Positions 27,230 to 39,851 of a DNA stretch of 64,000 bases are shown here, in pieces. The DNA is from Setoptus koraiensis (Eukaryota > Animalia > Arthropoda). The stretch lies in the NCBI GenBank assembly GCA_048013815.1, contig CM106585.1:16492001-16556000 (forward strand), read 5' to 3'. Position numbers and translations under genes: made by a program. The notes beneath the pieces are model-generated. The model was not told the origin of the DNA. It worked only from the letters and a program-made list of their open reading frames with translations, and ran no database searches. The number at the start of each line of letters is the position of its first letter. Positions within the stretch are counted from its first letter, which is position 1.

Positions 27230-30200
27230 GCTGCTGCTGCCGTTGTTGCTGCATTTACGACTCAACTCTAAGAGGCTTAGCCCGAGCAAGCGTTGGCATA
27301 TTGATAATAGTAAGCCCGGTGGAAAACAATCATCGCCGCTGAGTTGTGGCCGTCCCACATGGAGCGTGGAATAATGAACGACAATAGCGACCAATAGCGA
27401 TTGGTCTGTTGGCCTCATTTCATCGGAGATCCTCTTGCTGTTGCAACCGCGAACCTCTAACTGAAAATCTGATAATCTGTTCAATTCCTACTAAGCCAAC
27501 AACATGATAATAACAACAATATTTATGATGATCTCCAGAAATTATATTACTCATCAGAGTGGCGCACTCAGAAGACAGCTCTAGGCCCTTTGGCCGATAG
27601 CAGGCAGGGGCGTGCCTGATCGCTCACCTTTGCGTCGGCGAAAGGGCCGGAGTTTCGATCGCAGCTCTGTGTATAGTATGTATCGGATTTATCGAGCGCG
27701 GCCGGTCGGGCGCGAGAGGAGCATGCAAGCAGCCGAAAAGTATCTTGTACAGTTGTATGTGTATATTGGCAATATAAATGAGAATCCCAATAAATGAGAA
27801 ATGTATACGTCTGAGCGGCGCAACGGAAACCGGCCAAATGATTGAGCGACTCGGCGAATCAATTTTTGCATTTTTGTTCAATCTCGACATAATGACATAA
27901 TAAACAAGCAAAGATGCAGTATAAGATATGATGTGCAGAAAAGAAGGAAGGTGATGGCCGCAAGTGGGATAGTTATCGTGGTCGTAACGTTACGTCAAAT
28001 TTTGAATGTAGCTGTGTGTTTGTGTGTGCTCATCAAGCTTGCCATCACGCTCACTGCATGCTAGTAAAAGTATAGTGATGCTGGCTGTCGTTGCAAAATA
28101 ATCTATTGCAATTTACAGTAAAATAATGATGATTACAGTAAGTCAGCTATGATAACAGTCGTCTTAGCTCGTTAGTTATTGTCAACATTACGACGCCCGC
28201 TACGCTACACGCTAAACAAAATAACAGCCCGACTAACCTCCAAATGCAGCGCCGCTGCCACATGTAGATGATGTGATTCGCAAGCACCGAACAAGCGCAA
28301 TTTATCAATTTACCTGTTGAAAATATCAGTGTGGCAGTAAAAGTACAAGTGTATTTATCGTCATCGTGCAGCAGCTTATAACAGCGACAGCAGCATCAGC
28401 GGCGTCTTGCCAGCCAGGCGAATGGCAGCAGGCTCGGCATCAGATAGACTTATATTAATAATACTGTACAAATACTATATAAATACTAGATATATAAATA
28501 CAAGATAGAAACGTCGCTCGTAAGCCCGCAAACTGGCAAACTGGCGAGCTGGCAAGCTGGTAAGCTAGCAAGCTGGCAAGCGAGCTGTGCCAGTGGGCAG
28601 AAATAGTTGCAGCAATAAAAGAAAAGAAGAGTCGCTGCAAAAAGAGGAAGATGATGAGCACTTATCTTGCATCTTCCAATCCAATATTCAATCGGCGAGT
28701 TAAGTGAACAAAGCAGCCACAGTTAGCGAGAATCTTTTCGCAATCACCTGTTGTTGTTGAGCTGCTGCTGCTGCACTCGACGCTGCTTACAAATGGCTGT
28801 GCATGCCAAGTGCTAGTGAATAATGATGGAAAGAAGGCAGGAATAATAGTGATAATAATAATAATAATTCAATTGAAGAGAAGAGAACAACAAAAAAGAG
28901 ACAAGTATCGCATCAACACAAACACTCACGTTGGTGGCCCGAGAAACGGCAACGACAACAGCAACAACAACGACGACGGATAAAAACTGCACACCGATCT
29001 ATCAAGCGTTACAGTTTGTTTCGGCGGGGCTGTATTCGGCAAATTGTATCAAGCATTATAAACAAGCAAATAGACACATTTCAACAGCAACTTGTGATTG
29101 TGTATCACCTTTTGTTGCCAACAAACAGCAACACGCCTGGCGCCTGCAAACTCATTAACCGGTGCCTAATTGGATGGATATATACATATAGATATACACA
29201 TATAGATATATACATACAGATATATATGCGCACAGCGTATGTGAGCTGGACTAGGACGACTAATTGCAAAACTGTTTTATAATAGCAGCACTTTTGACAA
29301 TTAGAAGATTTGCGCTCAAACACTGCAGACAGTGCGACCAGGCAAGCACCACCGACAAACAAGCAACGGCAGTTGACAATGCAAATAACAACAAATCTGC
29401 CAAGTCTCTTATCTGCCTCTCACCTGGTCACCCTGTTGCGCAACGGCATCAACAAATAGTAGCAATTGCACCTATTTGGCCGTTATTATTATTACTATTA
29501 TCACTATTATCGCCGTACACAGACAAAGGTTAACTAACGACCAAAAATTCCAGTTGACAGTTTATTTTGACACCATCATCAACAACTCGACAGCCCGAAT
29601 AGGAAGTCTCACACGGCCGGCCGAGTGACAGACCGAAGAGACCAGTGCACACACGACAGTACCGCTGTGGCCGGCCAGCAGCCAACAATCGGCTCACGAA
29701 GAAAGTTGTCACAGTTAAAGTTGCCACAGTTAGCTCGACACACTGATATTTTCTCAAAGATGCAGCTCGAGACAGCTCAACGACAACTGCGCATTTGGTC
29801 GCATCTCGACTAGACTGCGCAACGCCATTATCAACGCAAAAAGTTTGCTAATTCTCGTTGTTATTGGTCAGCAAATTAGTCGCATCAAGCGCACCAGCGG
29901 CCAACGCAATCAAACTGCCGCGCCATCTGCGTATCGCACCGAAGAACAAAAGAAGAGCCACAGTTCGTCCAGTGGTCGATATCGTCCAATAGTTGACATC
30001 GTCTAACACAGTCCAGAATCGTTCAATACAGTCCAGAGAAAAATCCGATACAGCAGCAAAATACAGCATGGCCACTTTAATGAGTGCATGCCGCAACTAT
30101 GTAACTACAACGTCGTCGCTGATAATTGGATACGTAGTCAAATTGTTGCAATCAGCAATTGGTGTAATATTTCAGCCACTAGTCACAAGAAGAAAATTGA

Positions 30201-31383
30201 TCGCTCAACAGACAGACCACAATAACAACGGCGGTGTCAGGCTAAAAACGAAAGCGTGAGTACCATTGCAGCGCCAAAATGCCAATTCACATGGGCATTT
30301 GAGTTGATATTTTGCGTTGCATCTCTCAAATAGGCGTGTGCGTCGCTGTTTTGCATCGCCGTTTTGCATCGCTGTTGCTGAATGCGTGCGTGCTCGCATC
30401 AAAATGAAATAAATTTGCATGCTTGCATGCAGCCGGCCGGCCAGCAGTCATCGAGTGCGTTTGGCATCAATGCGTTGATGCGCACAAACAGTCGTGAACG
30501 GTTGCGAACGGATTGGTGAAATGCGTCCACATTTCGGCCATGTTGCCGCTATGTAGATCGCTCAACAACAAATGTGTATCACTCACACAGCGTAACAATC
30601 ATGCAAATGAGCTCATCGAGGCTCGCTCTTGATGACCGCTCTTGACGGGCGATTATCGACATGCCGAGCGTGTGATACGACAAGCCGGCCATGCCAAGCT
30701 CCATCGCCGGTCGGTCGGCCGGCCGGCCAGCAACGGCCAAGGAGAGCGAGCGAGATTAATTATTATGCAAATGCGCTCACATATACAGATACAATTGAGC
30801 GGCGACGAAGGGAGCGATGAGAGTCTCTCTCGCTAATGGTATTATTATTGGATTGCTATATGCCATTCGCATGCGGCATGTACAGTATACATGCAGCAGT
30901 GTATGTGCACATTGTTCACTCTCCTACCTCTGCCATTAACTAACCAAAATTTATACTTTTTATATTTATATTATGTATGTTGCTGTTATTTTGCACCGAT
31001 CGGCTCACATCCGATTTGGCCGAAAAATGTGTGGCCAATTTGCGCGCACTGTGCAATGCTGCATTTGCATACATGCACCATGTTTATACCTGTTGTTGCT
31101 GTTGTCGATAATGTTAATGTTGTTTTAATAACAATGCACCGATGCCAACAACGTGCCGATACTGCGATTAAACTTTGAATTATCTGGCTTTTCATATTTT
31201 ATTTAATTAACTGGCCACAACAATGGTATCACTACTGTTATCACTGCGTTATAACTGGCCCGAGTGGCAACAATCGCACGCCCACCGCTAATTGGCCCAT
31301 CGACCCAACAACAACAACAATCCACCGACGCCAACACCGACCTGCCCATTTGGGTGAAAATGGCGCCATTACCACGCCATTAG

Positions 31384-32795
31384 TCATTCGAGCCGCTCGA
31401 GTCCTCCGAGTCATTCGAGCCGCTCGAATCCTCCGAGTCATTCGAGCCATTCGAGCCACTCGAGCCACTCGAGCCACTCGAGCAACAACAGTAACTGTAA
31501 TAATAGCAACAATCGCAGTGCCACCAATGACTCGCAACAATCTGTCCAGCGTGAGCGCAACGGCAGTGACCAGTCATCTGGCAAGCTCGCTTGCGCTAAC
31601 TGCAACGGTAATGAGGGCGCTGCAACAATAACTAATAAACAACAAAGGCTATCAACAACGGCAGCAGCAGCAGCCGTGTTGTTGGATGCGCCGAGCGTCG
31701 ACAATGAGCAAGACATAAAGTCGTCAGAACAGTCAGCCATTCATGAAGTGGAACAGCAACAACAACAGCAACAACAGCAGCAGCAACAGCAGCAGCGAGC
31801 CTGTAGGGCGACCATCAAGAACAAAGTAGGAGAAGAACAACGCCGAGAGAATAGCTGCGAATCGGAGGGCGGGCTCGTTAATAAGCTCGCTACCTGTAAC
31901 AATCAACGAGGGGCTAACAGTGTCGGCCGACAGCAGCACCGGCCAGCCGAGCATCAGATAAGACGACAAACGAATAGAGATTATCATACTTTACGCGATG
32001 GCAGCGCAAGATTAAACACAAGCCAACCAGCGGCAACAACAGCAACATTAGTTAGTCATGGAACGCAACGGCAGCGCCAGCAACAAGTTGTAGAAGATCC
32101 CAGTTGTGATGCAACAGCCACCGAAAGGCAACAGCAAATTGATAGCTCTAATAAAGTTGATTGTGGTCAAGTTGAACAGCAGCAGCAGCACACGGCGCTA
32201 GCAAGACAAGACAATTCCAGCCGAAAAGACTTGTGCTTCTCAGGCGCAGTCTCGCCAGTAGCGGCCGATATAGCGGCGCCTGATGCAGCGGCCAGCGCAA
32301 ACGGTATCAGTGTTATGGAGGCCGACAGGCAAAATGAGGAGGCTGTTGCTGTCATGGCCGGCACAACTAACTCACCTGTGAGTGTCAGTGAGCATGATGC
32401 AGCAATTATTTCTGTTGTAAATCAAGAACAACAACAAAGCAACGGCAAACAATTTGAAGAGTTGCCAGTTGCGCAATCGCATGGCGAGACAGTGACGCAA
32501 CACATAGAGCGAGCCTCTTCATTTGGCTTCATTAGCAACATGCACTCATCGGCCGCAACAACGGCAGCGACAGCAACAACGACAGCGACAACAACAACAA
32601 CGACACCAACAGCGGCCAGTGTTGTCGGCGATGCTCACGACGAGAGCGAAACGAGCCACGCACCGTCAACAACGACAGTCAATGTCCACACTCAAGCCAA
32701 TAAATTAGCGCATGTGTATAGAATAGAAGATGACCAAGCCACCAACGACCACGACAAACACCAACAACAAACAACAGCCAGCGGAACAGCAACAG
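31384..32795 (+). CDS. Putative upstream low-complexity coding exon of the LIM-domain gene
   Basis: The frame is open from 31358 to 32803 and is Q/S/T/A-rich. It ends at a strong acag|gtgagt donor (intron from 32796, phase 1), compatible with the phase-1 acceptor at 35629. The 5' boundary is uncertain. Confidence 0.4.
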
Positions 32796-35629
32796 GTGAG
32801 TGAATAAGTGTGTGTCCGCGCGTCATTATCGTGCGCGCACGTCAATGCACAGTTGTGCAATATGCAATTGGTTGCGACTGTGTGCCTGGTGTCAGTGCCG
32901 CACTGTCGACGCCAGCTTGTGTCATAACTGTCATAACTGTCATGCCATATGATATATGACTCATATGTCTCATATCGCTCGACCGTCATATTATGAGTCG
33001 ATATGATTGTGAGTCAAGTTGCGAGCCCAGTTACAATTAGCCAGCTGTAACATTGATATTTTATTATTATTTGAATCGCTGTGGCAAACAATTAACAAGA
33101 CAGCGAGCCAACAAGAGCGAGTGAGCGACACAATGGACAGTCTCGGCGTTCACGCTGACCCCATGCCGATGGTGTGTCAATAGTGTGGTGATTGCGCGTT
33201 TATTGTGTGCCCTTTTATTTTACCTTACTCTATCGTGTGCCGGATAATTGCTGATTGTTGACTGTGTTAATAGTGATTGACGCAATCGTTAATAGTGATT
33301 GTGAGTGGTCAACAATGAATTGCAAACGAGTGCCCTCGTTTTAGATTCTTGGCGACAGTCGACAGGATGTGGGGGCCAGTGTCACAGCGTGTTGAAGCGA
33401 ATCGATTTGATCGCGGTCGGTCGGTGATCGTCGGTGATATAAATTATAAAATTTATTTTTATTAAAAGTTTGGCCAGGCGATCGGCAGGCACAGTCGATT
33501 GGCGCTTGTCAGATCAGATGCGTCTCACAATGATATCATATGATGCAATATATAATAATATCATGGCAGCACACAATTGTTAATTATGCAATCATGAGAT
33601 TGTGAGCAGCGGCCACAACTGGCCGCTGATAATCAGTGACTGATTTGTATTGTGTTATTCTGTTATTCTGTTGTGATGCAATATGGTTAGTCATTTGAAT
33701 TGTCATAAATTACAAATTGCAATTGGCAACTCGCCACTTGCCACTTGCCTCTGACAATGGCCACTTGCCAGTTGTGCCAGGCAACTGTTTGTGTGCAACG
33801 AAATGAAATATCTGCTGTTTATATGCAATTGAGCCGTCGCCATTCGCGAGCTACCAATTGCTGGCATTTGTGTGTGTCTCGGCAAGTCGAAGGTCGTCGA
33901 AGGGCTGGCACGCCGAGCAAACCTGTACTGACAACAGTGACGAGCAACAAGTGACGGCTCGTCATGTTGAGAATATGTTAATAATAAATTATTATTATCA
34001 TTATTGCAACGCGTTAACAATAATCGCCTTGCAGCTGTTGATGGCGAGCTGCCCGTTGGCGTACATAAATATAAATAAATATGTATGCTGCCTGGCTGCT
34101 AATCATTCAGTCAGAGTCAGCTGTCCGGCGGGCTAATGGGACACGAGCGCTGGCACGGGCTCGCGTTTCAACAAACCGACAGACCGAGACAGACGATCCC
34201 GCCTGAGCAGCCCGAGCGGCCCAAGCGGTCCGATCAAGCGGAGCGGTCCGATCAGCCCGAGCGGCCCGCGATTTGTGGCCGGCGATTTGTGAGGCTGGCG
34301 CGGCGAGCGGCCGTTTAGCGGCCAGTTGGCCGGCTCGGCCGACCGGCCGACCGGCTCGGCGAGTGTGCGTGCGGCGGGCGTGTTAGCAAGCCAGGAGTTG
34401 CCGTCGGACGTGTGAACAAATATCGCTGAATAAAGTTGCGTCTGTCGTTACATATTGACGGTTGGCACATGCAGCGAGTCGCTGCTGGCGGGCATAACAA
34501 GCGAATGGACAACGAGCGAATGGACAACGAGCGATGGGCAGGCGCGAAGCTCGCCAAGTGTGAATTGCAAAGTGCAACGAGGCCGCTCGACGCGAGATTG
34601 AGCCATTGAGTGTGAGTGCCATTGTGTGGCGACGCCAACAAAACAATCGTCAATCGGCGGTTATATCGGCCGGTATCAGGCTGGCTCTTGGCTGGCCCTC
34701 GGCTCAGGCGAGCTCGCGTGAAAGCGACAAGACGGCGCTGGCGAGACGCTGGCCAAATATTGATGCGCAGGTAAACGGGCGGCAGTGTTTGCATTTGCGC
34801 AAATCACAGCCGCTCCACTGTTGGCTGTTGTGCATTGTTGTTGTTGTTGTTGTTGTTGTAATTGTATCATCAGCGCCACCATATGCAAAGCGAGCCTGCC
34901 CAACAAACACACGAGCCGCAGCCGAGCGGCGGACAGGTGAGGCTGGCAGGCGATACTGGTTTGTCGAGGCGCGAGTGGCCGCCCAGCCGACACGCCGTTT
35001 TGTGTGAGGGCGTCTGGCCAGACGAGAGCTCGAGCGCCAGCAACAACAGCAACAACAACAGCGACAGCGACACCAGCAACAACAACAGCGACGAGCGTTT
35101 CATTGAGCGAAATCATTGGAAATCGCGCAATATTGTCAGCAAACAAGCATACCAAGGACCAGCCAGTCAGACACAATTGATGCCAACTACGAATGCGCTC
35201 GCCAGTGCGGCCAACAACTCAAAAAAGCAAGAGTGCTCTTGTTACACGTTATTGTTGTATCATGTAACCGGTCGAGTCGGGCGTCTTGCCCCTGAACGCA
35301 AACAACGAGACCAGCATGTCGCTTGGCCATCACTATTGCAACACAAAGTAACCAACCATCTTCTCTGTCTCGTATTATCGTATTCTCGTATTCTCGTATT
35401 ATCGTATTTTCGTATTTTCGTATATCATCATATCACCACACTGCCACTATTGTGTATCAATACATGCAACACATTGATATATTAATAATCACAATAATCG
35501 CAACCATCCCCCTCGAACCGCCATCCATATATATGTGCGCGCGTATTTGCATACGCCACTCATTTGCATAATTCAATGTGCGACAACCACTCAACAACCA
35601 ACAAACTGCCTATTCGAACAATTTCCCAG

Positions 35630-35953
35630 CAGAATCTTCGTCGTCTGTCCCTGTCTCGTCGTCATCAGCAGCAACAGCAGCAGCAACGAGCCACTTGCAA
35701 CAATTGGTAGTGAACAAGAGCGAACAGTTGGCAGACGCGATACTCGAGCAAGTGAGACACCAAATGACAGCAGCGGCAGCGGCGAGTTGCGGCCAAAAAC
35801 AATCTCAAGCCGCATCTGACACAGCGACCACCATGACTGACGCAAGCGCCGACGCCAAGCCACACAACGACGACGACACATCCACTCAGCAACAGCAGCA
35901 ACAACAGCAACAGCAACAACAACAACAGCAGCAACAGCAGCAACAGCAGCAGC

Positions 35954-35993
<40 letters not shown>

Positions 35994-36426
35994 GCAGCAG
36001 CAACAACATACCGCAGAATCGCGGCCACACGAACATCCGGCCAATCCGACAGGTGACGCCAGTTCGGAGAAACTGCCAAGCGAGTCGGGCGAGCCGAGCG
36101 AATCGGGCGAGCCGAGCGAATCGGGCGAGCCGGGCGAGCCAGATGGGCCCGGTCCGGGCCGCAAACTGGCCCAATCGGTGGCAGCGCAAACAGTCGGACC
36201 AGAGGGCGCTGTTGGTGGCGGCGGCCAGTCGTGCGACGTCGTCGGCGACCAGCGACAACAACACGACACCCAAGCAGCGACAACCGAGAAACAAGATGAA
36301 ACGACCAGTGAACACAATCTCGGCGATGGCGCAACGGATATTGAACTCGATCGTGACGCGCTCGTTCGCAAGCACCACGGCCAAGCTGATGAACTATCAG
36401 CGATTGATGTGACGCTGAATTCGCAA

Positions 36427-36462
<36 letters not shown>

Positions 36463-37337
36463 ATAAATGATGATAATTGTCAGCAACAAGATACCGCTTC
36501 AACTTTCAGCCAAGCCAGCGGTTGCGCAACGAGTGCCCACTGCGGCGAGCCAGTGGCCAGTGCGACGAGCGACAGTGGCGCCGGCAGCAGCTTTTGTGCA
36601 GCGTCACAGCGGCAACAATTATCCCCGACCGGGTCAGTGCCGAGTGAGACGGCCGGCAAGTCGGACGCGGGCACTAATGATAATTGTGCCGCCGCCGATA
36701 ATGAGCGAAACGAATCGTCGCGGCAATCGCCAGAGGAATCGTCGCGGCAATCGCGCAGCGAAGCAACCAGCGACCCGCAGCGACGAGAGCCTCCGGTCGG
36801 GCTTGCGCTCGGGCGAGAGCTGGCCTCGTTTCGCCGACCAAGTGACACAGATAAACAGGCCGCTAATGGCGCCGTTGCGTCCACGGCGAGCGCCAGCGGT
36901 GATAGCAACAGCGACTCGGCAACAACAATCCGGCCCGACCACCATCTAGCCTCGGGTGAGGCGCCCCGAGACATTGAGCCGACGCCGAGCGATGCGCCCG
37001 GCGCGCAACGGCGGCCCGAAACGCAACGGCGGCCCGATGCGCAACGCGACGACGACGACAATAATGAGCTCGCCGATGATGAATGTGTGGTCGGGCCGGC
37101 CGCCGCGCCGGACAACGATGCGGCCGTTGTTGCGTCAGCTCATTGCGGCGACTCCAACGAGCCGGAGTATTTCTTGGAGAAGGACGCGGCGTCCGGAGCG
37201 GTGCTGCAACGATTGAAAGCGGAAGCCATAGAGGATCTGAGCGTTTGCCAGGAGCAAAAGATGGCGCTGAAGGCCGCCCGAGAGCTGTTTGCGCAATTCG
37301 ACGCCAGGGGTCAGGCGCCCGTTCTCGTGAGCGCCAA

Positions 37338-37380
<43 letters not shown>

Positions 37381-38428
37381 AACGGCAACTGTCACTTGTC
37401 AGCTGACCGTTTGGGGTCAAACGTCAAACGGTCGTCGTCGGAGTGCTCGTCGCATTCCGACAGTGTCAAATCTGACAGTTGCAACGACGAGGCCAGACAC
37501 CGGCAGCCGAGATCGCCCACTTCTGTGTCGCGATCCACGTTAGTCTATTCGAACGTGCACTCGGTGTCGCCCGACGGCTCGTGCTCGGGCAAGGGTAGGT
37601 GAAATATGCAATATATGCATGGCATAAAACATGATTGATACACGATATAATGTGACACTATGCGTCAACCAATAAATGAACAAATAATAATAATTATAAT
37701 ATTTTCAAATTGTCCCCAAACAAACGCGCTGCTTGCAAAATCGGCAGCGGACACGGAGCGCACCACACCACTATATCCTATTGAAAGTGATGAGATCAAG
37801 TCGTGCCAAGACGCATTCAGGAATTTCAAGAAAATCTTCCAACACAACGGATCGAGTGAACACATTGGCGATAGCAACGCAGACGGCATCACCACCACCA
37901 CCAACAACAACAACAACAACATTGTTGCTTGCTCAGCCAAGGCAAAACTATTCCAATCAGATAAGGTGAGAGACAATCACAGTCACAGATAAAGATATTC
38001 TGCACCGTGTCAGATGTGACGAGGAAAGTTTCACTTGTGTGCCAGTGAAAGCGCAAACAAATACCAATTCTCTCACTCTCTATTCTTTTTGTCATTATAA
38101 CCTGCTGATACCATCATTGTGTCGTCATTGTGTCGTTATATAGGGCCAAATAAACTGCCATAAGTGTCAACAAAAGGTGTATCCCATGGACAAGCTGGAG
38201 TTGGATTTCACCAAGAACACCATACATGTTCATAAGAATTGTTTTAGGTGTCATATTTGCTCGAGTTTGTTGCGACTGGAAACCTATTCGAGCATCGACT
38301 CTAAATTATATTGTCCGTCTCATGTTAAGAATCACATATCATCGCAACAGCAATCAAACAACAACAACAACAACAACAATATTGTGGCTCATAGTCAGCA
38401 ACCTAGCCAACAATCCATCAGAAACTAA
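35630..38428 (+). CDS. Low-complexity protein with a single C-terminal LIM domain (LIMD2/EPLIN/Xirp/MICAL-type); exons 35630..37594, 37748..37965 and 38144..38428; 5' end not resolved
   Basis: The last exon reads GQINCHKCQQKVYPMDKLELDFTKNTIHVHKNCFRCHICSSLLRLETYSSIDSKLYCPSH, i.e. CX2C-X21-HX2CX2CX2C-X17-CX2H. Introns 37595-37747 (phase 1, first AG after the donor) and 37966-38143 (phase 0) are GT-AG and frame-compatible. Confidence 0.75.
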
Positions 38429-38744
38429 TCACTTGCAAACAATAATAAAAAGGCGCTCTTTCATCACATCCCTCTATCTGTCTTTGCACACCACTCACGT
38501 TAAATATTGAAATGTTACTCATACCTTGTCAAATTTGTCTCTAGATACCTATGCAATACACATATTTAAAGGATGATCATCACGATTCTCGGCAACCAAT
38601 AGGCCACTATTTGGATCACATCGCATCGTTGCTTCGTGCGCTGTCCGCTGTCACATCGCGGCAGCCAAACTCTCGTCTGTTTGACCAATAATAACGACCA
38701 ATGTGTATTAATACAAATAGTAGATAAACAATATGCCGAGAAGC

Positions 38745-38834
38745 ATCTCATTTCCACTCGTTATCTCATTTTCACTCGTTATCTCATTTCCACTCGTTAT
38801 CTCATTTCCACTCGTTATCTCATTTTCACTCGTT
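38745..38834 (+). repeat. 18-bp minisatellite x5 (atctcattt[c/t]cactcgtt)
   Basis: Read directly from the sequence. Confidence 0.95.
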
Positions 38835-39723
38835 ATCCCATTTTTTGTCCATTTTCTAGACGATTTGCATCATTGCGAACAATTACCCACCATGCAAAGT
38901 GCGTTTGTTTCGAATTGAAACTTTCAGTTGATTCACATCGCGCCGTGACCGGCACCCAAGTGACGGACACGGGCGTCTTTTTTTTCGACCCAGCGGACCC
39001 GTTTTCTCAAACCCATTTATCACGCGACGAGCTGGTATGAAATTCTGGAAATTTGCGATCCGATTGAATCACGTCCACACCATGTCCGTCGTATTTGAGT
39101 CATCTTGGTTCAAGATGAACGATTAAAAAGGATCGCATTTATTTGTGCACTTCGAATTGAAATGCACACATCTTTCACGTGAAAACCGGTTCGAATCGTG
39201 GCGGTCATCGGCAGTAATGATGCTTGCGACTGCAAGTGCGTCGACGGAATGGATTTTTCCTCGATAAATCAGACTGACTGCATCAAATGGCGCGGAATAA
39301 TTCCATGCAGCATCATCTTCTGACAACAATCTGACCCGACAAGCGATAAGCGACGTCATCAATATCAACTTTATCGACCGGGCAAGGGTGGCTCACCTGG
39401 GTTTTCCGGCATTTTCTGTGCCCGTATGCTACATGGCCAATGTGGCGACTTTGGCACAGTGTGGCTGAAAACGAGCCCAACTTCAATTGTTTGGCGTCGA
39501 TTGGCAAGTTCAGTCACTGTCACTTGTCAAGACGATATCGCGCAAATATCGACATGCATAGTCAGCACAAAAAGTGTATGTATCCGTGGTCTACTTAAGG
39601 CGGACTCACTTGACACTTTGAGTCTAAATACGTGTCATTTGTCGTCGGTGTTGTCAGTTCAACGCGTCAATAAATCACACCAACAAACTGTAAACACTCA
39701 TCAAAATAACAGCGCCAGACACA

Positions 39724-39821
39724 GACGAAAATTACTTGACGAAAATTATTTGACGTAAATTATTTGACGAAAATTATCTGACGTAAATTATTTGACGAAA
39801 ATTATCTGACGAAAATTATTT
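39724..39821 (+). repeat. 14-bp minisatellite x7 (gacg[a/t]aaatta[t/c][t/c]t) ending 30 bp upstream of the nrf-6 ATG
   Basis: Units start every 14 bp from 39724. Confidence 0.95.
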
Positions 39822-39851
39822 GACAGTCGGACAGCAAATTAACAAACACAC

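Noticed and set aside
29993-30259. ORF ending at a gtgagt donor (30256), phase-compatible with 31384, as a possible first exon of the LIM gene
   Set aside because: It has a TTG start, a weak downstream acceptor and no homology; this needs RNA-seq.
38900-39510. Minus-strand fragments faintly resembling hemopexin repeats (FDAVSLIYRGKI; VDIDDVAY)
   Set aside because: The matches are too short and lie in different frames, so they cannot be told from chance.
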